A DNA stretch of 63,196 bases, the filler included, from Octopus bimaculoides (lineage: Eukaryota): NCBI RefSeq assembly GCF_001194135.2. It is 6 parts of 6 records of this genome, joined end to end, with 100 filler letters (N's around TTAATTAATTAA, not from the genome) between each part and the next. Parts side by side here need not be neighbours in the genome. Positions count along the whole stretch, not along the records: positions 38,309 to 58,352 come from NC_068992.1; positions 58,453 to 61,168 come from NC_068989.1; positions 61,269 to 63,196 come from NC_068991.1; 3 more parts are not named here. The stretch is one strand, 5' to 3'. Positions 48,721 to 61,585 of this stretch are shown here, in pieces. Each line of letters opens with the position of its first letter. Position 1 is the stretch's first letter. Made by a program: the position numbers and the translations under genes. A model generated the notes under the pieces. That model saw only the letters and a list, made by a program, of their open reading frames with translations, was not told the origin of the DNA and did no database searches.

Positions 48721-51700
48721 CATCTAGTGATGGTGTCACAATAAAAACACTGGTAATTGCGCAACATGATAATCGCTACCTCATATGAGTGACAATGAAA
48801 AAACAAAATATTGTGAATAATGATGGGAATGAAACTGAAGCCAATGATGGTGACAGTGGTACACCCAGTAGGCTTAGAGATTCTGGTCTGGCTCCAGCCT
48901 GTCGATATCCAGAAAGGGACCACGACACACAGCATAGATGGAGCAAGCAAATTAATGCTTTGGTCATGGAGTGTTTCTACCTGAGCAGCCCAGTAGATGA
49001 AAATGGTGCTCAAATTAGAGGTTACTGACAACATATGTATGATCATTGGATAGAAAAGGGATTGTTTCAACTCACAGAACAGAGATTGTGTGATCAAGCT
49101 AGAGCAATAAGAAAAAAATTGTTGGTTCACAAAAGTAGAGCTCGAAGCTATCAAAAGACAGGTAATGGAAAATAGCAGAGATAACAATGAAAATACAGTT
49201 CTTACTAATAAGAGTAATCCCATAGCACAGGAAAGGAGCAGTGATAGTTTACTTGATGAGAGACATATAGATGATCTAAAAGAAGACAATAAAACTAATG
49301 GCAATATGACAGACAAACAAAAGGCAATCCACAACTGAATAAAGGTAAGACTACAGGAGAATGATAGCAACATTATTTGCAACCTTAAGAAGGTTGATCA
49401 TTGGAAATTGAACCAAGAATCGAAAAATGTCAATGAAATTCTGAAATACATCAGAACAAACAACATCACAGAAACAAATAATTTGATCAAGGTAGCAAGT
49501 ATTGTTGTAGCAGAAAACGTGGGTGCTGACGTCAAGAAAAAGAAGCATAATGGGAGCGACAAAAGAAAAGATCCGTGGTGGAAAAGAAGAATCCAGGCAG
49601 GGTTAGGAATGTTCTCGAAGGAAATCTCTGTGTTAGACTGAAAAGAGAAAGGGGAACTTAAAAGTGGACAAAACTACAGGGCACTGAATAGGATGTATAA
49701 GAAAGGGCCTGAAAGTAGTAGTAGAGGAACTGAAACAGCGCCTTGTTGCAAAGATGGTAAGATACAACCAAAGAATGAAGAGTTACCACCAGAATAGATT
49801 ATTCAGAGTAGATCAGAAGAGATTCTATAAAGAAATAAATGGAGAGTGTACAGATGAAAAGGTGATACCAGATAACATTGAAAGTCAAAGGTTTTGGAGT
49901 GACATCTGGAGCAAAGACAAGGAGCACAAGAAGGACGCTGAATGGTTGCAAGAACTGAAACAAGCAGTAGTCTGTTCAAAACAGCCAGAACTAGTAATTT
50001 CAGTTAGGGAAGTGAAGAAAATCAGCAAAAATGTGGGCAACTGGAAGGCTCCAGGATCAGATGGAATTCAAGGCTACTGGATCAAAAGATTTGGTGAATG
50101 TCATGCATGAATAGCTGTACAACTTAACACCTTGTTAAATGCCAACCAAGTAACATCAGAGTGGTTGACATTGGGTAGGACAGTGCTGTGCCTGAAAAAC
50201 ATCGTAAAAGGCAATACGGTAGAAAATTAGAGACCCATATCCTGTTTGCCACTTATGTGGAAGTTATTGACTGGAATACTCGCAGAGTCAATGTACGAAT
50301 ATCTGGAAAAAAATGGAGTCCTGCAATATGAGCAGAAGGGTTGCAAGCATAGGTGCAGAGGTACCAAAGAACAGCTCCTGGTAGACAAAACTGTACTTAG
50401 AGACTGCAAGAGGAGGAAAAGTAACTTAGCCATGTTGTGGATTGACTATCATAAGGCATACGATATGATCCCACATTCTTGGATTATGGAGTATATGAAC
50501 CTAATTGGTATTGCATCGAATGTTGAGCGATTGCTTGGAAAAAGTATGGCGAATTGGAGGATGGACCTGACAGCATATGGAAGAAGCTTAGGGACAGTAG
50601 AAATTAGGAGGGGCACCTTCCAAGGGGATTGCCTGTCCCAACTGATCTTTGTACTGTGCTTGATGCCACTAACACTGATTCTGAGGAAAGCAAAAGCTGG
50701 GTATGTATTCAAAAGCCGCCGACAAATTTGTTATTCATGGATAGGTTCAAACTTTATGATAAACATGAAGCCCAAGTCAGTTCTCTTGTTGATACAGTGT
50801 ACACCTTCAGTGCTGATATTGGAATGGAGTTCAGACTGAGAAAGTGTGGTGTGTTAGTCTTGAAGAGAGGCAAAATCAAATGTATGGATGGGCTAACGAT
50901 ACCATCGGGGGAGGTTATGAAGCAGATAGAAGAGACGGGGATTCTGGAAATGGATAAATTGATGGAGAAAGAAACGACAGAAAAATTTAAGGTGGAGTAC
51001 TTGCGCAGACTGAGACTGATCCTTAAGTCGAAATCAAATGGAGGGAATAAAATTGAAGCTATCAACACCTGGGCAGTTTCACTCCTTAAATACGGAGCAG
51101 GGGTACTCACATGGACAGTAGATGAACTAAACAGCTTAGACAGAAAGACAAGGAAGTTGCTAACTAGATATGGGTCACTCCACCAAAAAAGTGACACAGA
51201 CAGACTGTATGTACCAAGAAAAAGAGGGGGAAGAGGACTTATTGGATGCAAACACAGCATTAGAGCAGAAGAAAACAACATAGAATGGTATGTAAAAAGT
51301 GTCGCAGAAACACTATTATTAGAAGAAGGTCAGGCTTTTGTAGGATGAAAGATTGCAAAGATAAAGTACTATACAAGAAATTGAAAAAGAATGAAACTGA
51401 AAATAGGTGGGTAAAGAATAGAATGCATGATCAATTTCATAGGGATGTTGAAGATAAAACAGACAGAGATAAAAGATGGCTGTGAATGACTAAAAGTGAT
51501 TTAAAATCAGAAATGGAGGCTCTAATCTGTGCTGCCCAAGAGCAAGCACTAAGAACAAACTACATAAAATACAGAATAGACAACACATCAGAAAGTGATA
51601 AGTGCAGAATCTTTGGACAAAACGGTGAAACTGTATGGCATATTACCAGCCAATGTACACCACTAGCCCAGAAGGAATATGAGGCACCACGACAATATAG

Positions 51701-52251
51701 CCAGGTTTGTCCATTTGACACTTTGCAACAAGTATGGACTTGACAGAGCAAAAATTGGTATGACCGCAAACCTGAAGGCATTGTCAAAAATGGAAATACA
51801 AAGAGCCTATAGGTTTTTATGATTCAGTGCGACCATGAGATAGAGAATAGGAAGCCGGACATAGTCTTAATTGAGAAAGAAAACAAACTATACTGGATCA
51901 TAGATATAGCATGCCCAGCTGTCAACAAGGTATGTGATAAGGAAGAAAGAAAAGTCAAGAGATATGACAGGTTAGCTTGGGAAGTTAAGCAGTTGTGGTT
52001 AATGAAAAATGTAGTAGTAGTACCAATAATTGTCGGAGCCCTGGGAACAGTGAGCAAAAATTTCGAGAAGTACATGGAACAAATAGGGGCTGCAATAAGG
52101 GTGGAGTACTTGCAGAAAATAGCACTGCATGGAACCGCTTGAATACTCTGGAAGGTGCTTGAAAAATAAGAGGTGTTACCTTAGTTCACTGGCAGTGAAC
52201 AGCTGACACTGTAATACATCTCCAGCGTTAGAAGCTGTGCAAAGGCAATAA
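48721..52251 (+). mobile_element. Near-full-length R4/Dong-like non-LTR retrotransposon, pseudogenised
   Basis: N-term WSKQINALVMECFYLS..TEQRLCDQARAI; [31 protein letters not shown]; SDKCR..ETVWHI; RKPDIV..IIDIACP..PIIVGALG..LQKIALHGTA; several stops and frameshifts; flanked by TAATAATGATA on both sides. Confidence 0.88.
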
Positions 52252-52278
52252 TAATAATGATAATGATAATAATAATAA

Positions 52279-52457
52279 TCCTTTCTACTTAAGACACAAG
52301 GCCTGAAATTTTTGGGGAAGGGACAAGTCGATTACACCAACCTCAGTGTTTCACTGGTACTTAATTTATCGACCCTGAAAGGATGAAAGGCAAAGTCTTT
52401 TGCCCGGCATGCTAACGATTTTGGTAGCTTGCCACCTTAATAATAATAATGATGATG

Positions 52458-52501
<44 letters not shown>

Positions 52502-52650
52502 TGTTTTGAAGTTTGACACAAGGCCAGCATGTTTAAATTAATTACATCGTCTCCAGTACTCAACTGGTACATATTTTATCGACCCCTGAAAGAATGAAGG
52601 GCAAAGCCAACTTCAGCAGAACTTGAACCCAGAATGTAAAGATGGATGAA
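52279..52650 (-). mobile_element. Two family A SINEs in tandem with (TAA)n spacers
   Basis: Same module as 490-1385. Confidence 0.75.
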
Positions 52651-54719
52651 ATGTTGCTATGGAGGTGATGGTGATGATGAGAAGGATGAAAAGTACCAGT
52701 CCAGGTTGGTGAATTGATGTAACTGTTAGAAGGCTGAGCAAGATATCTTACTGTATTCTGGCACCTTGTATTCTGATAGCAATGCCTCAAAAATGCCATG
52801 ATGCATTGGTTCAAGTAATCAATCTTTCTCTTGAGAACACATTGGTCTCAGGATGAGAAGAGAGACTTGCATGCATAGATGACCTCTAATTTCCTTAAAA
52901 TTAGAAATCAGCTTATACACTATAGNNNNNNNNNNNNNNNNNNNNNNNNNNNNNNNNNNNNNNNNNNNNNNNNNNNNNNNNNNNNNNNNNNNNNNNNNNN
53001 NNNNNNNNNGGCACATAAAAGACACCATTTCGAGCGTGGCCGTTTTCGTGCGGGTGACACGTAAAAGCACCCACTACACTCTCTGAGTGGTTGGCGTTAG
53101 GAAGGGCATCCAGCTGTAGAAACTCTGCCAAATCAGACTGGAGCCTGGTGTTGCCATCCGGTTTCACCAGTCCTCAGTCAAATCGTCCAACCCATGCTAG
53201 CATGGAAAGCGGACGTTAAACGATGATGATGATGATGATGATGATTAGGTGAGCACTTGAATTTACTTTCTGTTCTGTAATGTGAATAAGACAAATTTTT
53301 CTTGGATAGGATGTTGAACTTGCATGTAGCAGAAGGAATTGAACTTAGTTCTATTTAGTTTATTATGTATTAGCAATTTGCAAACACTGGTGTTGTTGGT
53401 TAAATGCTTTCAATGGATTAGTCACTGGTTCACAAATCTCAGATGGTGACAGTAACAAGAAAGTATCCCCATTATAATCAGTTTCTTACTGATGTTTATA
53501 GTCATTGCTTAATATACATAAGGAAAAAAATTCACACATGCAACAAGAACAACTACAACACACATTTATGATGGGCTTCCACACAGGTTCCATATGTTTA
53601 AATCACCTATAATGTATTAGTTGACCCAATACTGATAGAAGTCACTTTCTCAGTGTGCCCTGCACATTAAGCATAGGGTAGAATTAGGTAGATGGAAACT
53701 TAAAACCCATTGTGTGTGTGTGTGTGTGCTGTTTTTGTTTTATACGTGTATTCTTTCCTGGTGTATCAAAATATCAATAAGAAACTGGATAAAAGGCTGA
53801 CATCCCTTTGTTAATTTCACCATTTGAAATGTAATGAACCAGCCATTGGAAGTCTATAATCACTGGCTTATAGGTTTGAGATTAAATCTTGAACCATGCT
53901 TGAACCATATAATTGTAAAGCTAACTTGTAAACTATACAACTATGCCTGCACAAAACAAGTTTAAGCTTGAACCCTTGTGAAGAAATATATGTTGGCAGC
54001 TTATTTCTGAAAAAATAAGCAAACAATACCTTTTACTTTTTACTTGGTTCAATCAATGCACTGCAGCAATGTTTAGGTTCTGTATTGAAGGATTTAATCA
54101 AACAAATTAACCTCAGTATTTTTTTTTAAAGTCTGATAATAATTCTTTTGATATTTTGCACACACACACACTTGACAGGCTTCCACACAGTTTCTGTCTT
54201 CCAAATCCACTCACAAGTCATTTATTGACTTTGTGCTATACTAGAAGATTTCTCAAGGCACCACACTGTAGGACTGAAGCCAAAAATGCATGGTTGCAAA
54301 GCAAGCATCTTAACCACACAGCTATGCCTGTACCTGAATTTTACTTTGATACAAGCCAGACATTTTGTGGTCAATTTAATTGCCACCATTACATTATTGG
54401 TACTTATTGGTATTTATCATTGATTCTGAAAGTACAAACTACAAAATCAACTCTAATGATATTAGATCAATGAATATAAAAGGACATGGATAAATCTCTC
54501 AGTCATCGTACCCAGCACTCTATCAATTCTGCTGTCACATATATTGTTTTGAAATTGATCATCGTTGTGTTGAGTTGGCTAATTCTTCAGTTATATATTT
54601 GATATTCCACGAAATCTGAAGAAGCCATTCTATGAGAAAGTTATAAGAACAAATAAAGGGAAATGGTTCAGTTGGGAATTAAAACCATATCCAGATGCTT
54701 AACTACCCATTACAATGCA

Positions 54720-55390
54720 GGTACAAGTATAATAATTATTATTTCTAACAAAGGTACAAAGTCACATACTTTAGGGAAGGGAACTTGACTGTTACTTATT
54801 TTTTTGACCCTACAAAGATGAAAGACAAACTTATCTATTACAGGATTTGAACTCAGAAAATGAAGGAATGTAACTAAATACCATGGGAATTTGTCCAGTG
54901 CACTACTGATATTGCCGTTTATCATTTTTACTTAAATGACAATAATAATAATCCTTTCTCTTATAGGCACAAGGCCTGAAATTTTTGTGGAGTGGGGAGG
55001 GCTGGTCAATTTCATTGACCCCAGTACTTGACTAGTACTTACTTTATTGACTTTGAAGAGATGGAAGGCAAAGTTGACCTCAGCGGAATTTGAATTCAGA
55101 GCGTAAAGACAGGTGAAATGCTACTAAGCATTTTGTCTAACATGCTAACAATTCTGCTAGCTTGCTGTCTTAATGACAATGATAGTAATACTTTCTACTG
55201 AAATTTGGTGGGAGGGGGCCAGTCGATTAGATCAATCCCAGTACACAACTGTTACTTTATTTATCAACCCCCAAAAGGATGAAAGGCAAAGTTGACCTTG
55301 GTGGAATTTGAACTCAGAACATAACGATGGGCGAAATACCACTAAGCATTTCGTCCAGTGTGCTAACAATTCTGCCAGCTTGCCACCTTA
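54720..55390 (-). mobile_element. Three head-to-tail family A SINEs
   Basis: Module repeated at ~54720-54915, 54952-55172, 55190-55390. Confidence 0.8.
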
Positions 55391-58094
55391 ATGACAATAA
55401 TTATAATCACTTCTAATAAGCAGTAAACTCAGAAATATACATGGTAGGGTTGGGGGAATCTGTTGATTAAACCAACAAAAACTTTCTGATTACACCAATT
55501 ACTACCAATTCTGTAATCATTACAACACCTAATATACAATGGTATGCAGGATGTCATACTCGCCACTTCCTTTTATGTAGCAGCTCTATTGCAGCTATTC
55601 TCAATGGATTCTACAAGCAATATGCCAGATCAAGATAGCAGCAAGCTGCTTTACATTTACAACTGATTATCAAGCCAAAAAATAAAAAACAAAAAAATTA
55701 ACTTCCGGTTTTCACACCCAGTAGAAATTTTGAGTTGAACTTTTTTTTTGTTTAGTTTAGTTTGGCAAAGTGCCGTCCTCTCTAAAAATTCTTCTTCTCA
55801 TTCTTTGGGATTTGGAATATGACCAAACTTATCTTGCCATGTTATCTATAAGTATTAATAATTATGAGCTTAGTTTTTTTCTTCTAACAACACTCAAGTG
55901 TGTGTTGAAATTAATAAATAATGAAACCAGAGATCAATAAATTATTAGAATTACATGGTTTTCATAATTCTGTTCAATTACATGAAATTCCTTTCTTCAG
56001 TAGGTAATATATATCATTCACCTGTAGCAGTGGGTGAGTATATTCTTAAGGCCAACTTTTAGTTACTCACGAGCACTTCTAGGCTTCATCACTAATTCAC
56101 AAGCACTTTTAGGCTTCATCACTAAATTGAATGTGGCTTTTTAGCAATGATGGCCCAGTCTAAATAATTGAAATTTGATTCATTAAAAAAGAATTACATC
56201 AAAATATGTGAGGTCAAAAATGGGAAAGGGAGGCAAAAAATTGACTTTGCTTCAACATATCTGTTATTTTTTAAAATAAATGTATAAATTAATTGGGTTT
56301 AAAAGAATATGCTCATTGACAAGAATCTTTCTGGTGAAAACCTCATTAAAATGTATTTGCTAGGAAAAAAGTAATGTGGCCTTATGTGCAAAAAACCCAA
56401 AAAACAGTAAATAACCTCCAAAATTGACTCTGAATCAAAATATCTCAGCTATTGTAAAAGGAAACTATACAATAGTTGTCTTCAAATGAGCTCTATGAGA
56501 TGAATCTTATGGTGTAAATCTATCAAAATTATTAATCACAAAAGAAGTGGTATGGCTCTAAGTGATGGAAAAATAAAAGGTGATCAATTTAACAGGTGAA
56601 AATATTTTTGTCTTTTTAATGTGTTTAGTGTTATGGGTTGCTTAGCTTGATAGTACAGAGCACTTAACTGGAGTTTGAAAACTCCAGTCTTCTGTAGCAC
56701 CCTGCTAGCCACTTTTCCTCCCACCATTTTCTAAGGGTATTTAGCCAATCTTCTAAGCTCTTTTCACAGCTATTCTGCATTCAGAATATACTGAATCTTA
56801 TGGAGAAAATTTTGTCAAAATATATTTGCTACAAGAAAAGATGTGCATCTTTAAGTGACAAAAAAAAAAAAAGTGCTAATTTTAAGAAATTAAGATACCA
56901 TAAAACCTGTGTAATTTACGCACTTTTTTCGCAAAAATAAAATAAGCCTTAGTGGGAGTGTAAATTACATAAGTAGATCATTTCCAGAATTGTTTTGAAA
57001 TTTCTTTTGTTGAAAAAAGATGTAAGAAACATAAACATTCATACCAGAAGTTGATTCATTTAATGTCAGAATAGGTTTTAACAGAAAAAAATAATGGCTT
57101 AAATATAATGAAGTTGACTTTTATATATGCTGGATGATATAATGTTTACTTTTTCTGTATTAATTTACTAAAACCATTAAATGGTTAACTACTTTTTGAA
57201 GTCTGACGTTCACGCTGGTAAACATGGTCCAGGCCATATTTTACATTGTTTGGAGTTTCTACCAATCACAATGGAGCACCAGTGACATACATAGTGATAT
57301 GGATATTCCTGACTAAAAAAAAATGAAATGATATGGATAATTTTCATTGTATGTTTTATTTTTGTCTGTTTATTATTAGGCACAGTGTTAAGTTTATCAT
57401 ACTGTTTACGCCAATTTCAAACATTGGCTTCATTAACATTAAAATGCCTTCCAGCAGCTCTATTGCCATGGTCAAATGTATATTCAGCATACTTAATTTC
57501 TCCTTCACAGTAAATGATTCATAAGTTCTGCCTATACTGACAATAACGGTAATGATAAATTTTTGAGGTTGCTTGACATTTTATAAGTGTGAGAGGGATT
57601 AAAATTTCGATACTCTATATCAAAGGTTCTGACAAGAATTGGCAGAAAAGAATTCTGTTGACATAATCAGTTTGATCGGTCACCTTCCTCTGTTGGTTGA
57701 GTAAAGTGTCATCCAAGTTGCTGTTTATTGGTAATTAAATTTAATTTGCCACACTTGTGCATATTTATCAGCTTTGTTTTTGTTGGTTATTCTTTTGAAC
57801 AACTTTTCTTGTGATCATGATTTGAGAAGACATACAGCAGTAAGCTAAAGATCGGACATAATCTCTTGTGAGCAAGAAATGTAAAATAAAGTTTGTTATG
57901 AACAACACAAACACTGTAATTTAATTGCTTTCAATGTGATACCTGTTAAACAGAAATTATTTTTATTTAGTGAAAATATAATAAAATCTAGTTATAAGTG
58001 AAATTATGCTAAATACAACTAAATTGAAAACCTTTTTCCCCTGGCTATACTGGCAATTCTGAAAACTTTTGGGTGAGAATTTTACATGTTTAGA

Positions 58095-58352
58095 AGCCTA
58101 CCCAACGACTGGTGTAGCAGCACTATAATCAACTGCTACAAAGGTAAAGGTGACGCTTTAGATACAAATAATTACAGAGGTATCAAGCTTTTAGATCAGG
58201 TAATGAAAGTCACGGAGAGGGTCATAGCTCAACTGCTTAGGGAGCGAGTCAGCTTAGATGAGATGCAGTTTGGTTTTGTGCCTGGGAAAAGCACCACTGA
58301 TGCTATATTTCTGGTAAGACAGCTTCAGGAGAAATACCTAGCCAAGGATAAA
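58095..58352 (+). mobile_element. RTE RT fragment, same family as 46160-48680, running into a gap
   Basis: PNDWCSSTIINCYKGKGDALDTNNYRGIKLLDQVMKV..LQEKYLAKDK, open frame. Confidence 0.9.
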
Positions 58353-58674
58353 NNNNNNNNNNNNNNNNNNNNNNNNNNNNNNNNNNNNNNNNNNNNTTAA
58401 TTAATTAANNNNNNNNNNNNNNNNNNNNNNNNNNNNNNNNNNNNNNNNNNNNATATATATATTAATCTATGTATGTATGTATGTATGTATGACTGCATAT
58501 ATGCGTATGTACGTATGTATGAATGTATGTATGGATATGGTTTATTTGCATACTCGCTTATGTACGCGTTTATACATATGCATATTATACATACAGACAT
58601 CTATATATAAGCATATACACAAATGCAATTAAACTCATATATATATATATGCGAAGCATTGTCAATTTTTACAA

Positions 58675-58887
58675 TTCTGTAAATAATAATGATAGTATTT
58701 CATAAGCTTAAAGCTTATGGCGATCACCGTGCGATGACTAAAGAAAATAGTCTAATAATGGGGCATGTAAGCCCTCGACAGAAAAATGTAGACCTTCTAT
58801 GCTCCATCATTAGACTATTTTCTTTAGTCATCGCACGGTGATCGTTATAAGCTTTAAGCTTATGAAATACTATCATTATTATTTACA

Positions 58888-58890
<3 letters not shown>
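58675..58890. repeat. Foldback: 92-bp inverted arms with 32-nt loop
   Basis: 58675-58766 vs 58799-58890, four mismatches; (TA)n nearby on both sides. Confidence 0.95.
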
Positions 58891-58924
<34 letters not shown>

Positions 58925-59009
58925 GCTTCTGTTTATTAGATCAGTCACTGTGTGTCACCGTGAAAATTGTATATTTTCGAACGAAAATTATCATTATTAT
59001 TATTATTAT

Positions 59010-59078
59010 TCAAGTCACTGCCTGGAATCGAACTCGGAAACTTGCGGTTAGTAGCCCGCGATTCTAGGCGGTGACCTA
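59010..59078 (-). mobile_element. tRNA-like SINE head fragment
   Basis: cgcgggctactaaccgcaagtttccGAGTTCGATTCCaggc: anticodon-like loop plus B-box. Confidence 0.55.
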
Positions 59079-59133
<55 letters not shown>

Positions 59134-59180
59134 TCGAAAAATACCTTAGGAATGAGAACCCAGGTTCGAAATTTCCCCAA

Positions 59181-59225
59181 GTCACCTGATGAATGCTGGA
59201 GGGTATATCAGCCAAAACGTTGTTA
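59181..59225 (+). ncRNA. Degenerate hammerhead-like motif in a Penelope-like tail
   Basis: CTGATGA-at-GCTG gagggtatat CAGC-cAAAACGTT; GAAA box reads AAAA. Confidence 0.4.
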
Positions 59226-59282
59226 ACAACAAACAAGATGAGGACAAATATGCGTCGAATGTAAATAATGTAAATAAGGTTC

Positions 59283-59520
59283 AGTGCACTTGTAACACTC
59301 CAGCCATTTCGTAAAGGCCTCATGGAACTCCTACAAAGTGATGATGTCCAGAACCCTTGTCTCAGCCTCCTTCATCTCTAAAATGAGTTTCCCTGAGGTT
59401 CTTCTTCAGTTTGGAGAACAACCAAAGGTCACAGGGAACAAAGTCTGCACAGTTGGGAAAGCGAGGGACAATTTTGATGCCCATCTCTTTCAAGCATTGG
59501 CTTACCAGGATTCTCGTTAC
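59283..59520 (-). mobile_element. Mariner (DD34D-like) transposase C-terminal relic
   Basis: EMGIKIVPRFPNCADFVPCDLWLFSKLKKNLR..FHEAFTKWLECY..C resembles the YSPDLAPCDFWLFPKLK block. Confidence 0.7.
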
Positions 59521-60819
59521 TGACTACACGGGAAACAAACTTAGCGCAAATTTTGCGCATGTCCAGGTTTTCATAACTAATTCTATATATTGCCGCTGCA
59601 CCAACTCTAGACTGTGTGCTTCTAGTGTTTATTGATTCACGACAGTCTTCGTCCAGAAAGTTGCGAATTTCTCAACCAGCTCCGATGTTCTAACATTCCT
59701 CTCACTCCCACACCTCTAATAATCTTTCACCTCCTTTCTCCGTCTTTGAACCCCTTGGTTAGCGAAGAAGTTAATCCAACAATCAGTGTGGAGCATTTCA
59801 TAAATTTTTGTAGCGTTTTTACCCAATTCAATACAAAACTTTATTAAATCGTGAGCTTCCAAATTGTCTCCACGTCCTTACAGATTTTGCAAAGAAGTCA
59901 ACTGTGATAAGCAGTGTTTACTAAAGTCTGTTCAAAATGCTACATCTGTCTCCCTCAGTCTGGAATACCAACATTTGGCAGGTCGGCTTATTAGGTGTAT
60001 AGCAATGATACACTGTACTGTCTTAATCTAGGACAGTTGTAACTGCTTCTCCTAAAAGTCGCAAAACGTCTAGAATACATATCGTACATATAATGCATAC
60101 ATCTCACATTTCACAGGGTGGGTGGATCTCCGTCAGTATCGACGATGAAGACTCAATTGATTAAACAACCCAGTTACTTATTAGCATGTAAGAGGCTGCG
60201 TATTCCGTTGACACGAGTACTCTTAAAGAAATTCTCTGCAGGTGATTCTCAGGTAGAATCAGCGTTGACACAATGTTTGTGACAAGGCTGTACTTTTGAA
60301 ATACGGGTACTTTTAAGGTATGAGTGGATCAGAAATTCGAGTGAAGAACACGTGTTGAAGAAGTCAGGCAGCGAGATCTAAACCAGGTCAGGCATTGAGA
60401 AGCAGTCTTCCTGATCTTTCGGTCATATTGCAATACATTATATAGAATAAAAATTTAAATTAAAAATTTTCAATCATGAAACATAAAACGAAATGAGTTA
60501 ATTAATATAAAAATACTGATTTCAAATTTTGGCACAAGGTCAGCAACTTCGGGGGAGGGGACAAACCGATTACATCGACCCCAGTGCTCAACTGGTACTT
60601 ATTTTATCGGTCCCAAAAGGCTGAAAGGCAAAGTCAACCACAGCGGAATTTGAACTCAGAACGGAAAGACAGACTAAATGTGCTAACGTTTCTGTCAGAT
60701 CGTCGCCTTCTTTGAGAAGTGGTGATGAAGGCTCCTCATTGCATTTGTTGACCACTCTGTAATTGCATCGAAAGGACACACTAATAGATATAAAACTATT
60801 AAATGATGTCATGATAAAG

Positions 60820-61095
60820 CAAAGTTAATGATAACACCGAGAGGGAGGTGATTTTTTTTCCACTGACCAAAGTGGAGCTTTGGCCAGGAGGAACTGATGT
60901 CATCGAACGATATCCAACGATCATCGGGTGTTTCGACCCTGAACCGTAACGCCCTTCCGTTGGTGGGTCAGCAGAGGTGGCCAAATCTCCTCCTGGCTTC
61001 CAGCTTAACTCTTCTCTCTTGCTCCAGAACCAGCGAGAAGATCTTTCTGCTGCTTCTCCTATCGCCACCCTTCGCTCCTTTCCTCTCATTCCAAT
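60820..61095 (-). mobile_element. HERO-like restriction-endonuclease retrotransposon 3' end
   Basis: AIGMRGKERRVAIGEAAERSSRWFWSKREELSW resembles the EAAERxSxWLWxKR C-terminus of HERO-type elements; family recalled from memory. Confidence 0.5.
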
Positions 61096-61380
61096 AGCTG
61101 TAAGCATGTAAGCACACCAACTGGGCAGTATGTATATGCGTAGGCATGTACATATATATATATATATANNNNNNNNNNNNNNNNNNNNNNNNNNNNNNNN
61201 NNNNNNNNNNNNTTAATTAATTAANNNNNNNNNNNNNNNNNNNNNNNNNNNNNNNNNNNNNNNNNNNNAGCGCCCCAAAAGCACACCTCCAACTATGGCG
61301 ACAATACTAAGGATAATATTAACAACAGAATTCAGATTGATCTTTAGTCAGTTGTTGATTTACTTGATGCAATTCAATAA

Positions 61381-61585
61381 GGTTGCGAGCTAGCAGGATC
61401 GTTAGCACGCCGGGTAAAATGCTTAGCCTCATTTCGCCGCTTTTTACGTTCTGGGTTCAAATTCTGCTGAGGTTGACTGTGTCTTTCATCCTTTCGGGAT
61501 CGACAAAATAAGTACCAGTTGAGCACTGGGCTCCATAAAACGACTTAACCCCTTCTCCGAAATTGCTGGCCTTGTGCTGGAATTT
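61381..61585 (+). mobile_element. Family A SINE (a minus-strand copy lies at 60520-60715)
   Basis: gcgagctagcaggatcgttagc..GGGTTCAAATTC..ctttcatcctttcggg. Confidence 0.8.

Noticed and set aside
48456-49382. 308-aa minus-strand ORF
   Set aside because: Chimera: antisense of the R4-like 5' region running into the RTE frame; only the last ~60 aa are real RTE protein.
59010-59078. Functional tRNA genes at 59010-59078 and 62978-63050
   Set aside because: No complete acceptor stem or cloverleaf, and both sit in repeat context; treated as SINE heads.
60900-60960. GAAAC...GATGA motifs as a hammerhead in the HERO-like 3'UTR
   Set aside because: No CUGANGA with compatible stems; only a short gggt/accc hairpin.
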